Below, in pieces: positions 42,734-52,661 of a stretch of 64,000 bases of DNA. The first letter of the stretch is position 1. Each line of letters opens with the position of its first letter. Where the stretch lies: assembly GCA_963555755.3 (NCBI GenBank), contig OY820905.2, forward strand, positions 2,880,001-2,944,000. Reading direction: 5' to 3'. The notes beneath the pieces are model-generated. The model was not told where the DNA came from, ran no database searches, and worked only from the letters and a program-made list of their open reading frames with translations. A program made the translations under genes and the position numbers. The stretch is from Nitrospirales bacterium. GTDB taxonomy: Bacteria; Nitrospirota; Nitrospiria; Nitrospirales; UBA8639.

Positions 42734-43728
42734 GGGTCAGGCCTGCGTTAATGCCTTGATATATTCACGAAGCTGAGGGGTAAGCCCATCCTGCCCTCAA
42801 ACGCTTGCATCTATCTTTCCAATTTGACGACTCAGGGTGGAGGCATCACGATTCCAAGAGGTCGCCACATCCTTAATGGCTGCCGTACCAAAATGTCGCG
42901 CTAACCAACCAATCATCCCACGCGCGTGGGAGTGCACTCGCCTTCGGGCTGGGCCACGCAGATCCTCTTCCCGAACATCATACTCCGCACCAATTAAGCG
43001 GATGATGGCCCCTAGCGGCACTGCAGGCTGCGGCCTGTTCTCCCGGGCTCCTACCTGTTCTAGAAAGCGATCATCGGCCAGCACACGTCCATCCGCACCC
43101 CCCTTATGAAACTCCTCCCGATACCCTTCGTCCTTGCCTGCTTGCACAAAGGCGGCATACCGTTGGCGGCTGGGTGATAAACGTTTGGCAAAATAGCTTA
43201 AGACCCACTCCGTACAAAGCCACGGCAGCTCCTCCTGCCCCAGGTACGCTCGATGACTGCTCCACAGATAGTTCGTGGGATCTGACACGAAGCCTGCCCG
43301 GACCGGATTAAGATGAATATACCGCACCAACGCCAACAAATACCGGTCGGCCTCCACGAGAATGACTTTATAGCGCCCTTGAAACAAGTGGCCACAACGC
43401 CGGTGTTTGTGGTTGATCCACCGTGTATAGCGGAAGGACAGATTTTGCATGATCGGGCTCAACGGGTTGTCCTGCACCTGAATGGCAAAATGAAGGTGGT
43501 TGGTCATGCAACAGAAACCATGGATCCGATGGCGATAGCGCTCGACTCCCTGTTGGAGCAACCCATACACGTGCTGCCGGTCTTCGTCATCGAAGAATAA
43601 ATCCTGCCCCCCGTTCCCCCGAAGAATCACATGATAGACCCCTCCCGGCACATGAAGTCTTGGTTTTCTGGCCATGATCCAATCATAATTGAATGGACTC
43701 CATTATTGCATTAACGCAGGCCTGACCC
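42734..43728 (-). mobile_element. Y1-transposase element bounded by 21-bp perfect inverted repeats
   Basis: gggtcaggcctgcgttaatgc (42734-42754) / gcattaacgcaggcctgaccc (43708-43728). Confidence 0.75.
42797..43675 (-). CDS. RAYT/IS200-like HUH (Y1) transposase with C-terminal DnaA-C-like HTH
   Basis: MARKPR...YHVILRGN, MTNHLH, GHLFQGRY, YIHLNPVRAG, WSSH. Confidence 0.88.
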   Translation of the reverse strand: MARKPRLHVPGGVYHVILRGNGGQDLFFDDEDRQHVYGLLQQGVERYRHRIHGFCCMTNHLHFAIQVQDNPLSPIMQNLSFRYTRWINHKHRRCGHLFQGRYKVILVEADRYLLALVRYIHLNPVRAGFVSDPTNYLWSSHRAYLGQEELPWLCTEWVLSYFAKRLSPSRQRYAAFVQAGKDEGYREEFHKGGADGRVLADDRFLEQVGARENRPQPAVPLGAIIRLIGAEYDVREEDLRGPARRRVHSHARGMIGWLARHFGTAAIKDVATSWNRDASTLSRQIGKIDASV

Positions 43729-43730
43729 TA

Positions 43731-43919
43731 TCACAAACAGTGCCAGAGATTCTTCGGCGGACTGATCACCAAACTGGGCGTCTTATCGTCATGGAAGGGA
43801 CAGTGGCCAATGAGATCTTGGCCGTGGGGTTTCAACACGATGCTTTGGGCTTCGACGAGACGCTGAATGGAGATTTCTTGTTTTAACCGCTCGACTTCGT
43901 GATCAGGAATACGTGCCAT
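43731..43919 (-). pseudogene. Truncated primase (CHC2 zinc finger only), copy B
   Basis: Near-identical to the N-terminus of 48960-52112; ends at the Y1 element border. Confidence 0.88.
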
Positions 43920-44102
43920 GATGGACTCCTCAAAAGTGTGGATGTCGCAACCCTTGTCAACCCCTATATACACCAAATTTCCACTTTACTTATCCGCCAG
44001 AATTATACACACTATATGTATATGACGTCAAGCACTTTCCAGAGGGTTCCGCAATTGTGGGGGTATAATGCCGGGCATCGACACAAAGGAGGCCCGTCAC
44101 CG

Positions 44103-44468
44103 ATGCCCAAACAACAGATTGAATCGCTCACCGCGTTCGGCCACCGACTGATGACGTTGCGCAAAGCTGCGGGGTATACCCAAGTGGAGTTGGCTAAGGA
44201 ATTAGGTGTGAGTCAGCGGATGATCTCGTACTACGAGGGCCATTCCGAGTATCCACCGGCGGCAGCGTTGCCGAAGCTGGCTCGCCTGCTCGGCGTATCA
44301 GCTGATGAATTGTTGGGGATTCAGCGGTTGAAGAAGAACAAACAACCTGATACTCGCCTGCAGCGGCGGTGCCAGCAGATCGAGAAGCTGCCAGCCAAAG
44401 ACAAGCGGCAACTGCTGCAGCTCATTGATACCTTTGTGAAGGCGGCCCAACTCAAGGTCTCCGCGTAA
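44103..44468 (+). CDS. XRE-family HTH regulator (copy B)
   Basis: LRKAAGYTQVELAKELGVSQRMISYYE; aaggagg RBS before ATG 44103. Confidence 0.9.
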   Translation: MPKQQIESLTAFGHRLMTLRKAAGYTQVELAKELGVSQRMISYYEGHSEYPPAAALPKLARLLGVSADELLGIQRLKKNKQPDTRLQRRCQQIEKLPAKDKRQLLQLIDTFVKAAQLKVSA

Positions 44469-44520
44469 GGCGAGGGAGAAGGTCAGCTGCTAAACAGGGA
44501 GAGGTGAAAACTAGTTAGCT

Positions 44521-44775
44521 CTAACTCAAATTTTTGAGCCAAAAGGCAAACCCCATCAAAACTACAAGGCCAACCCAAAAGCTTGGATAACCTACTGGCC
44601 AAAAGTATACTTTCCCAGGATCTCCTGAAATTTTAAATCTGGGCTTATGATGACCAACGGTGAAGACCCATAACACAGCCTCACCCACCCATATGGCAAG
44701 TGGGGACATACAGGAAAATACAAAAGCTAAGGTATAGACAACAATATCCACCAAGATATTATCCATATCCTTCAT
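44521..44775 (-). CDS. Putative membrane immunity protein for the orphan Rhs-CT
   Basis: 84 aa, hydrophobic segments, AT-rich, directly downstream of the Rhs-CT. Confidence 0.6.
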   Translation of the reverse strand: MKDMDNILVDIVVYTLAFVFSCMSPLAIWVGEAVLWVFTVGHHKPRFKISGDPGKVYFWPVGYPSFWVGLVVLMGFAFWLKNLS

Positions 44776-44874
44776 CCCAACAGGGTTTTCTCGCTATTTT
44801 TTTTCACAATTAATCGCACAACAATTCAAATTTAATGAAATATTTCTATTGTATTTGCTCCGGTTAGTTAAAAA

Positions 44875-46122
44875 CTACGAACAGCTCTGATCATTAGAGT
44901 TATCATTGTTCGAGTTGTCATCATTGGGGTTAAAGTTGTTTTCCTCACAAATCCCCCCACGACAACCTAATTCATCCCCCTGATCCAATTCAGGATTCTT
45001 GTCTCCCAAAATATCCTTAACAAATTTCCTTCCATCCTGACGCCCCGTATCAAAACTTTGGAGTAGGAAGTAGTCTGTACTTGGGGCTTCAAATCCATAA
45101 GATTGTTCAAGAAACCCAAAGGCGAAACCAAGTCCATATCCAGCAATGGGATTTGGGAACCACCTATCTCCTGAGGGATCAACGAAATTAGCAGGGTTAT
45201 TCAATGCAAACCGATAGAAATTTTGATCGCCTCCGGCAAACCCAATGGGATCTTCACTCAGAAACCGTCCGGTCTGTGGATCATAATAGCGGGCACGGTA
45301 GAAGTACAGCCCACTCTCCGCATCGAATTCTCGTCCGGTGTAGGTGAACGGTTGAAGAATGGTTTCTGAGAGCGTCAGCATGCGGCCGTAGGCATCGTAG
45401 AGATAGCTGTTGGCAATGAGACCGTTACTGTCGGTGAGATTGACGATCGAACCTTGATGATCGACATGATAGTAGAAGAACCCGACACCTGCGCGTTGGA
45501 CGGCTAAAGGTTGATCTGTTCCCGGACCGTGGCTATAGCGTGACACGAAGGTATTGGTCCCGTCGTACTCAAGGGCAATGTCTTCACCATCGTAGACGTA
45601 GCGCGTGCTACTGCCATTCACATTCTTTTCAATACGCCGTCCTACCCCATCGTATTTGTATGTCGTGGTCGTGCTATCAGGGAAGTCGATCTGGACCAAT
45701 TGATCTTGCGCATCCCACGTGTAGGTGATGACGCCAGTTGTCGTCTTGTCCGTTTTCGTTTCTAAATTCCCATTGGCATCATAGGCGTACGTGAACTGGT
45801 CGTCCTCCGTGAGGCGGTTGGCAGCATCGTGGCTGTGCGCTGTGGAGAGGAACGAGGTTGTCCGGTTCCCTGTGAGATCATAGTCGTAGGTTTCAGGCGT
45901 GCCCGTCGTGCCACCAGTCTTCAACCGTTGCAGAGCATCATAGGTATTCGTGCGGGTTTGGGCCGCAATGAGATTATCAATGATCGAGAGAATATTCCCG
46001 ACGGGATTGTAGGTGTAGCCGAAGTCCGTGAAGTTGGGATTGGCACCCAGGGTGTGAGTGAGCGCGTTGAGTCTTCCTTGGCTGTCATAGCCGTAATCCG
46101 AGATGACACCGTTGGGGAACAC
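44875..46122 (-). CDS. Orphan Rhs core + variable C-terminal domain; decayed 5' extension to ~46455
   Basis: Closely similar to the 3' core of 54539-62743 up to FVDPSG, then an unrelated CT. Confidence 0.88.
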   Translation of the reverse strand: MFPNGVISDYGYDSQGRLNALTHTLGANPNFTDFGYTYNPVGNILSIIDNLIAAQTRTNTYDALQRLKTGGTTGTPETYDYDLTGNRTTSFLSTAHSHDAANRLTEDDQFTYAYDANGNLETKTDKTTTGVITYTWDAQDQLVQIDFPDSTTTTYKYDGVGRRIEKNVNGSSTRYVYDGEDIALEYDGTNTFVSRYSHGPGTDQPLAVQRAGVGFFYYHVDHQGSIVNLTDSNGLIANSYLYDAYGRMLTLSETILQPFTYTGREFDAESGLYFYRARYYDPQTGRFLSEDPIGFAGGDQNFYRFALNNPANFVDPSGDRWFPNPIAGYGLGFAFGFLEQSYGFEAPSTDYFLLQSFDTGRQDGRKFVKDILGDKNPELDQGDELGCRGGICEENNFNPNDDNSNNDNSNDQSCS

Positions 46123-46619
46123 AGTGGAGAGCAGACGCCCGGTGAGATCATACCCCAGGGTAATCTCTTGGGACGCCGGGGTGGTGAGCTTGGTCAGGCG
46201 TCCCGCTAAATCATATTCATAGAGCGTCGTCCCGGGGGCGGTGTCGTCTAACTGTGTACGATTGCCGACCGCGATCCACCGTGCTGGTGGTCACGATTCG
46301 GTTGAGGCCATCATACGTACCATTCACTTCACTATCGTTGTCTGTCACGCTGGCTGGCTTCCCTACTGCGTCGTAGGCAATCGTGATCGTATTGTCTGGC
46401 GTGGTGATCGTAGTCAGACGAGACAAATCATCATAGGTTCTTGAGATGAGCTGGTTAAATTGAACCAACGACTCCTCATCGTAACGACAGGGATTTTCTT
46501 GAAGTGTTTTCACCATTTAGCAGCTAAGGAGGAGGATGGAATAGTGGTGCTGAAATGTTTTTGGCCCGGATGCGGGTTTGCGCTTAACATCTTCTCCCCC
46601 GCTCACGGCGCTCCCCTTT

Positions 46620-47141
46620 TTATCCTTTCTGCCGGATATATCCAATTTGTCGTTTGGACGATTTGGGCGGCGCTAAGAGCTTTTGAAGATAGTCATATAG
46701 CACCGCAATCTCTTTATCGTGTTTCTCTACTTTTCGAGCTAAGTCTTTATGAGTGGCCAGCATTTCCCGCATGCGCACAAACGTCCGCATAATGGCGATA
46801 TTTATCTCAGCGGCACGATCACTGTGCAAGACGCTTGAGAGCATGGCCACTCCTTCTTGGGTGAAGGCCCGTGGTGGAAAGCGAGGGTCTCTGTGCTTTT
46901 GGGAACCGGTCACAATTTGTGACTGGTTCATGGCCTTCGTTTCATCGCTGGAAAGACGGAACATAAAATCATCTGGGAATCGTTGCATATTACGTGTCAC
47001 CGCTTGATTGAGAGCTTTCGTCGGCACACCATAGAGTTCTGCCAGATCGTAGTCCAGCATCACCTTTTCGCCGCGAATCAGGTAGATGGCACTGGCAATC
47101 CGTTCAATGGGTATAATGGACTGGGGTGTCTTCTTCGCCAT
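46620..47141 (-). CDS. ORF6N-domain DNA-binding protein (copy A)
   Basis: MAKKTPQSIIPIERI...VMLDYDLAELYGV...FTQEGVAMLSSVL. Confidence 0.9.
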   Translation of the reverse strand: MAKKTPQSIIPIERIASAIYLIRGEKVMLDYDLAELYGVPTKALNQAVTRNMQRFPDDFMFRLSSDETKAMNQSQIVTGSQKHRDPRFPPRAFTQEGVAMLSSVLHSDRAAEINIAIMRTFVRMREMLATHKDLARKVEKHDKEIAVLYDYLQKLLAPPKSSKRQIGYIRQKG

Positions 47142-47396
47142 GAGCCGCTGTGTGGGGTTACCGTGATCGTGTTGTGCAAAGATTTCGTCTTGACGCGGGA
47201 TGGAGCTTAGCATCAATCGATCTATTGTGCGAGACCATTTCGTTTTATTGTTTAATCGCTCCGGGGCCGGCCGCCGAGGACGGAGCGGAAGACGCGAAGC
47301 GGCTGTAGCCGCCCGGAGGCGGACGTGTGGGTGGGTGGGGATGTGATGCTGTTTCTTCCTTCGTGCGCTGCGCACACCTTACCGCGTCTGCGCGGC

Positions 47397-47511
47397 GCGG
47401 CTAGTTCGCATAACGCTCGTTATCCGGCGCAGCGAACCGGAGGGTCGGCCCCGCCTGCTGTTTGTGGGGCCGGGCCTCTGGCGGATAACTCGCGTTATGT
47501 GAACTAGCCGC
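47397..47511. other. Inverted pair of dif-like sites forming a 115-nt hairpin (candidate recombination site)
   Basis: gcggctagttcgcataa-cgctcg-ttatccg vs reverse complement of cggataa-ctcgcg-ttatgtgaactagccgc: 27/30. Confidence 0.7.
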
Positions 47512-47871
47512 TGTGAGGTCCCCTTGGGGGGCGCTGGGGGGTGTAGCCGCGACCACTCTCGCTTCTGAGTGTGAGAGGACGAGGCGAACTCTTCACCGTG
47601 CTCTGAGCGTCTGCGCTCTGATCGCCACCTTTATACGTGGCCTGGGTTTTGTTGAAAAACCGGTGCGCGTATTTGCCCTGTGAGCGACGAACGATGGGCG
47701 ACCCATATCAACCCCTACCCGTTTTCAAGATGCCACCTCGCGTCAGCGCCCGGCGCGGCGGGTGCCGGCCTGCAAGAGGCGTGACGATGCCACGGATGGC
47801 TGGCGCGACTGTTGCGAGGCAGACTGCACGCGCCGTGACGGGCGTCAATGGCCTGTCAGTCTTCATGGCAT

Positions 47872-48960
47872 TCAATCAGTGACGGCACCAGTGTCCACTT
47901 CCTCATTTGCTTCAGCCGCTAAGGTGGTGAGGAGCGATTCTGTTTCGTATTCAATGTGATGATGACCGTTGTGTACTCGTGGCCGATCCGCGGGATGCGT
48001 CAGGGCATGAATCTCTTTGAGTTTGCGAATCGAGACTTGAGTGTAGAGCTGAGTCGTGGTGAGTGTGGCATGTCCAAGAATGGCTTGAATGTATCGAATG
48101 TCCGCGCCATTCTCCAGCATCAACGTCGCCATGGTGTGACGGAAGAGATGACACGCGCCGGGTTTCTCAATCCCCGCATGGGCAATGTATTTCTTCACCA
48201 GATCAGTCAAGCGATTCTTTTCAAACGGCTCACCCCAGTCATGCAAGAACAGCCAGCCCGCATCCGGCTCGACCACCAACGACGGCCGCACCTCCTCCAC
48301 GTATCGCGTGATCCAGTGACACGCCCGTGCCCCCAACGGCACCATTCGATCTTTTTTCCCCTTGCCTTCTCGCACCATCAAGGTTCCATGCCGCGTCTCC
48401 ACATCATAGAGCTTCACATGCCGCAATTCATTGCGGCGGATGCCCGTCGAATACAGCGTTTCAATAATCGCACGATCCCGAATCCCACGCTCCCCATGAA
48501 GCATCGTCTGCGCCACAATCCGCTCCACATCGTCATGGGTCAGCAAATGATGCGGTAAGCGTCGATGCAGTCGCGGCAAATCTAATTCACTGGCGGGATT
48601 GGCCAGAAGATAGTTTTCCTTCGCCAACCATTTGAAGAAGGATTTCAGCGGGCTCAGGCGGTTGTATTGAGTGATGAAGCTTAAGGGTTCGTGGTTGGCT
48701 TTGCGCGAGTGATAGACAAACCGGCGGTAACGTTCAAGAATGGGTCGCGTGATATCTTGCGGCTTTTCCAATCCACGCTCGGCGCACCACGCGACAAACC
48801 GGCGAAGCATCTGGACCCGGAGTTCCACCGTCGCCGCACTGTAGCCCATGGCGGCGGACCAGTCGAGAAACTGTCGGACGTACGGCATCATGCCGTGCTG
48901 ATCAAGCGGAGAGACTGCGGGAGCCTTCGACGCGCTACGTCGTTTCTTGCGGACGATCAT
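47872..48960 (-). CDS. XerC/D-like tyrosine recombinase
   Basis: Catalytic set GIRRNE, KGKKDR, HLFRH, LGH, TQLYT; ATG overlaps primase TGA. Confidence 0.93.
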   Translation of the reverse strand: MIVRKKRRSASKAPAVSPLDQHGMMPYVRQFLDWSAAMGYSAATVELRVQMLRRFVAWCAERGLEKPQDITRPILERYRRFVYHSRKANHEPLSFITQYNRLSPLKSFFKWLAKENYLLANPASELDLPRLHRRLPHHLLTHDDVERIVAQTMLHGERGIRDRAIIETLYSTGIRRNELRHVKLYDVETRHGTLMVREGKGKKDRMVPLGARACHWITRYVEEVRPSLVVEPDAGWLFLHDWGEPFEKNRLTDLVKKYIAHAGIEKPGACHLFRHTMATLMLENGADIRYIQAILGHATLTTTQLYTQVSIRKLKEIHALTHPADRPRVHNGHHHIEYETESLLTTLAAEANEEVDTGAVTD

Positions 48961-51900
48961 CAGTCCGCCTTCGCTGCCAGAGCCACAGAGGTGTGGGTAC
49001 GATACGATGCGGGCTGCTCTTCCTCCCGTATCAGTGCGTTTTCAGTTAATTCGGCTTCAGAAATGCTGAATACCTTGTCACTATTGACGATTGTGGCTAT
49101 TTCCTCATCCCGACCACCCCCCGACTTGGCCCCGACTTGGGGCCGACTTGACCCCGACCGGTTCACGATTTGCCCCGACTTCTTTTCGTCGTAGTCATAG
49201 GATGTTCGCAACGCGGCCACATCAATCAGCCCACTGAGGTGCGGGTGATCCTGTTGCGCATCACCGTCATAGAGCAGTTCATACACGAAACTCTGGCCCC
49301 GCCCACCCCGATGTACCACCAGATATTCCAACTCCTCCAATCGGTGGAGATGATACTTCAATTGCGTATTCCCCCACCGCGTGGACTCCCGCACCTCTCG
49401 GCGACTAAACCGATAATCCGATCGACTCATCTCCAAGGTCTTGGCTCGTTCCGCGACAAACTCGACAATCAGGCGAAGGAGAGTTCTGGTTTGTGGCGGC
49501 AACTCATCCAACGTTCTCCCAAGGACTTCATGAGCCAGCGCATTAGCGGTGGCGATATCGTCTAACGTCACTTCGACATATCGGATTACGTGCTCCTGTC
49601 CGCCTTCGCCAAGGCTTCGGCGGACGGGATGGTGCATCGTCTGAATCGGCCGTTGGTACTGATGGAGCAATGCGAGACTGTCAATCAACGTAAGATACTT
49701 TTCATGGTCGCGCCGCGTGCGGGTGCGATCATCCACGAACGTGAGATGCTTCGCGTAGGGATTCACCACCGCCAGCGGTTGTAACAAACGCTGCGCATTC
49801 TGATGAAGCGTGCGGAGGGCCTGCCGATCGGTTTTCGCGATCAATCCCGACAACGTCCGTTGATCACGTTGTCGCGCATGGATCGCTTGGGTTTGGGTGC
49901 GGCCTTCATCGATACTGAGCACGAGGCAGCGATTAAGCAATTCTTCATCCAAGTCAATTGCGGTGGTGGTCAGCATGATCATCACCGGGCCTTCTACATG
50001 GTACTCCCTGGTTTCCAGTTTCCCGGTGACGGGGTCCTTGCCCGTACTCGCGATCGTCAATTCACCTTCCGATTGCAACAGCTTCAACGCATACGCCGCC
50101 TGACTGGCGCCTTCTTCTTCCACAATGGCCAGCACTTTGTGTGTGAGCTCCGTCTGGCCCATGTAGAATAACGACTGGCCCGTCATCGCGGAGTATTTGA
50201 TCCGCTCTTCTTCCGGCAAGAAGGCCAACACCGCATCCATGAGTGCGGATTTTCCTGCCGCGCTGCTTGATTGAATGGTCACGGCCAAGGGCGCATCCAA
50301 CTTCCGTGAGAGCGCGGCTAAATAGACAATCAGTTTGTTGGTCTCTTCGCCCACAAGTCCGCATCGAGTGAAGTCCTGCCCAATGCGGGCGAGGAGATCA
50401 GGAGATTTCAACAACTCCAGCGCCGCCGTGGTCTCGTCATCTGACAGCGTCACGGTTGAGGTCTTGGGTTCTTGTAACGCCTGAATCCGTTTCTCTTGCA
50501 TCGCTTCTAACTGAAGTACGAGTTTTCCGAGATCGGCTTTGACCACGTCATCCTTCACACCAAGTTCGACGGCAGCTTGTGTGATGAAGCTGTGGCGAGG
50601 CCGCGATTGATACAGATCCAACGTATCCACATGCACCGCGTCGCCCACGCCATGAAACGCTGGCTGCGATACCAACACATTGACTTTCAGCACGTCATAG
50701 GAGAGGTTCTTCTCCAACCCACGAATGCGATACCGCCGATCGCCAAAGGTGAACACGAGTTCCTCAGTTTCTCCAAGGGACTTCGTCTGGGCTTCAACAA
50801 GTGGTGTGGGTTCAGGCGGGATGACTGTGGCAGGTACTGGCGCGATGGAGGGAGCAGCTAGAAGTGATGGCGTCGTCTCTACTTCATCCGGCATGGGAAG
50901 GGAAGCGCTCGATTCAGGAATTGATGGTGAAGTGGGGGAAGGATGTTCAGTGATCGTTGTGTTCGCCGTCGGCACCGCAACTGTGGTCACCGGCTTCGCC
51001 TGGCCTTTACCCATCCACTGCGCGGCCCGAATGACGGTGCCTAAACTCTTCCACGCAGGTTGCACCTGCCGTGCATACTCATTCGCATCCATCCCTTTCG
51101 GAAACTGAATGCGATAACAATCGAAGCCGTCCGCCAGAAGTTTTGTGGCCAGCTTCTCTGCCGCCGCGTCACCGGCCGCATCGCGATCATAGGCAATGAG
51201 TACCCGCTCAGTACCCGCGGCTTTAAAGGCCGCCAGATGATCGGATGTGAACCCTTCGATGCCATAACTCGCTGTCACATTCCGATACCCGGCACACCAG
51301 AACGTTAGCGCATCGATAAGTGATTCACACAAGATAATTTCTTTAGTCGCCTGTACAGCCTCTAGATTCCACACGCCTTGGTGCGGCCCCGGAAGATACA
51401 GATGCAACGGCGTCCCTGCTCGCAAGCGTTCGGTAATCTTACGGCCGTACAGCTCGAGTACTTGGCCCTGCGCATCCAGAATGGGAATCACCACCGACCC
51501 ATTGAAGTGTTCATGGCCCGATGGCCGCATCAGCCCGAGGCGCTGCAATTGCCCACGTAACGCCGCGCCCTCCTTGCGTGTCTTAGCAGGCAACCGATAG
51601 TTCAACGTGCGATTCGCAAAACCCAGTTGAAACCGATCGATCATTTCCGGATCCGTGAGTCCTCGGTGCGTCAGATACGCCAGCGCTTCGGGACTTTCTT
51701 TGAGTGTCTGGTGGTAATACTCCACGACCTGTTTCAACACCTGAACATTCTCCGTGCGCGAGACCAGCGCTACAGGCAGCTTCGGCACCGTCGAGTGCTT
51801 CACCGACCCATTCGCGGCTAAAGAGGGGTGATAGTCGGCTTGTAACAATTCCGCCGCATGGCGAAAACTAATCCCTTCGACCTTCATCACCCAATCAATC

Positions 51901-52112
51901 ACACTCCCGCCCGCCTGACATGCCCCTAAACAGTGCCACAGATTCTTCGGTGGGCTGAGTACCAAACTGGGAGTCTTATCTTCATGGAAGGGACAACGGC
52001 CAATGAGATCTTGACCATGAGGTTTCAACACAATGCCTTGTGCATCGACAAGACGTTGAATGGAGATTTCTTGTTTTAACCGCTCAACTTCGTGCTCAGG
52101 AATACGGGCCAT
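48960..52112 (-). CDS. DnaG-like primase fused to a P-loop ATPase/helicase-like domain
   Basis: CPFH...HCLGAC zinc finger; Toprim CESLID, YDRD; P-loop SSAAGKS; ATG 52112 after gaggag. Confidence 0.88.
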   Translation of the reverse strand: MARIPEHEVERLKQEISIQRLVDAQGIVLKPHGQDLIGRCPFHEDKTPSLVLSPPKNLWHCLGACQAGGSVIDWVMKVEGISFRHAAELLQADYHPSLAANGSVKHSTVPKLPVALVSRTENVQVLKQVVEYYHQTLKESPEALAYLTHRGLTDPEMIDRFQLGFANRTLNYRLPAKTRKEGAALRGQLQRLGLMRPSGHEHFNGSVVIPILDAQGQVLELYGRKITERLRAGTPLHLYLPGPHQGVWNLEAVQATKEIILCESLIDALTFWCAGYRNVTASYGIEGFTSDHLAAFKAAGTERVLIAYDRDAAGDAAAEKLATKLLADGFDCYRIQFPKGMDANEYARQVQPAWKSLGTVIRAAQWMGKGQAKPVTTVAVPTANTTITEHPSPTSPSIPESSASLPMPDEVETTPSLLAAPSIAPVPATVIPPEPTPLVEAQTKSLGETEELVFTFGDRRYRIRGLEKNLSYDVLKVNVLVSQPAFHGVGDAVHVDTLDLYQSRPRHSFITQAAVELGVKDDVVKADLGKLVLQLEAMQEKRIQALQEPKTSTVTLSDDETTAALELLKSPDLLARIGQDFTRCGLVGEETNKLIVYLAALSRKLDAPLAVTIQSSSAAGKSALMDAVLAFLPEEERIKYSAMTGQSLFYMGQTELTHKVLAIVEEEGASQAAYALKLLQSEGELTIASTGKDPVTGKLETREYHVEGPVMIMLTTTAIDLDEELLNRCLVLSIDEGRTQTQAIHARQRDQRTLSGLIAKTDRQALRTLHQNAQRLLQPLAVVNPYAKHLTFVDDRTRTRRDHEKYLTLIDSLALLHQYQRPIQTMHHPVRRSLGEGGQEHVIRYVEVTLDDIATANALAHEVLGRTLDELPPQTRTLLRLIVEFVAERAKTLEMSRSDYRFSRREVRESTRWGNTQLKYHLHRLEELEYLVVHRGGRGQSFVYELLYDGDAQQDHPHLSGLIDVAALRTSYDYDEKKSGQIVNRSGSSRPQVGAKSGGGRDEEIATIVNSDKVFSISEAELTENALIREEEQPASYRTHTSVALAAKAD

Positions 52113-52295
52113 GATGGACTCCTCAAAAGTGTGGATGCCGCAACCCTTGTCAACCCCTATATACACCAAATTTCCACTTTACTTATCCGCCAGAATTATA
52201 TACACTATATGTATATGACGTCAAGCACTTTCCAGAGAGTTCCGAAATTGTGGGGGTATAATGCCGGGCATCGACACAAAGGAGGTCCGTCACCG

Positions 52296-52661
52296 ATGCC
52301 CAAACAACAGATTGAATCGCTCACCGCCTTCGGTCACCGGCTGATGACATTGCGCAAAGCCGCGGGATATACCCAAGTGGAGTTGGCTAAGGAACTAGGC
52401 GTGACTCAGCGGATGATCTCGTACTATGAAGGCCATTCCGAGTATCCGCCGCCGGCAGCGTTGCCGAAGCTGGCTCGCCTGCTCGGCGTATCAGCTGATG
52501 AATTGTTGGGGATTCAGCGGTTGAAGAAGAATAAACAGCCTGATACGCGGCTGCAGCGGCGGTGCCAACAGATTGAGAAGCTGCCGGCCAAAGACAAGCG
52601 GCAACTGCTGCAGTTGATTGATACCTTTGTGAAGGCGGCCCAACTCAAGATCTCCGCGTAA
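52296..52661 (+). CDS. XRE-family HTH regulator (copy A), divergent from primase
   Basis: Three substitutions relative to copy B; aaggagg RBS. Confidence 0.9.
   Translation: MPKQQIESLTAFGHRLMTLRKAAGYTQVELAKELGVTQRMISYYEGHSEYPPPAALPKLARLLGVSADELLGIQRLKKNKQPDTRLQRRCQQIEKLPAKDKRQLLQLIDTFVKAAQLKISA

Noticed and set aside
46620..47375. 251-aa extended ORF6N
   Set aside because: The extension runs through repeated non-coding sequence; alignment with copy B supports ATG 47141.
47397..47511. Chromosomal dif site
   Set aside because: About 10 kb from oriC rather than at the terminus, lacks a canonical XerD arm (TTATGTTAAAT) and occurs as an inverted pair.
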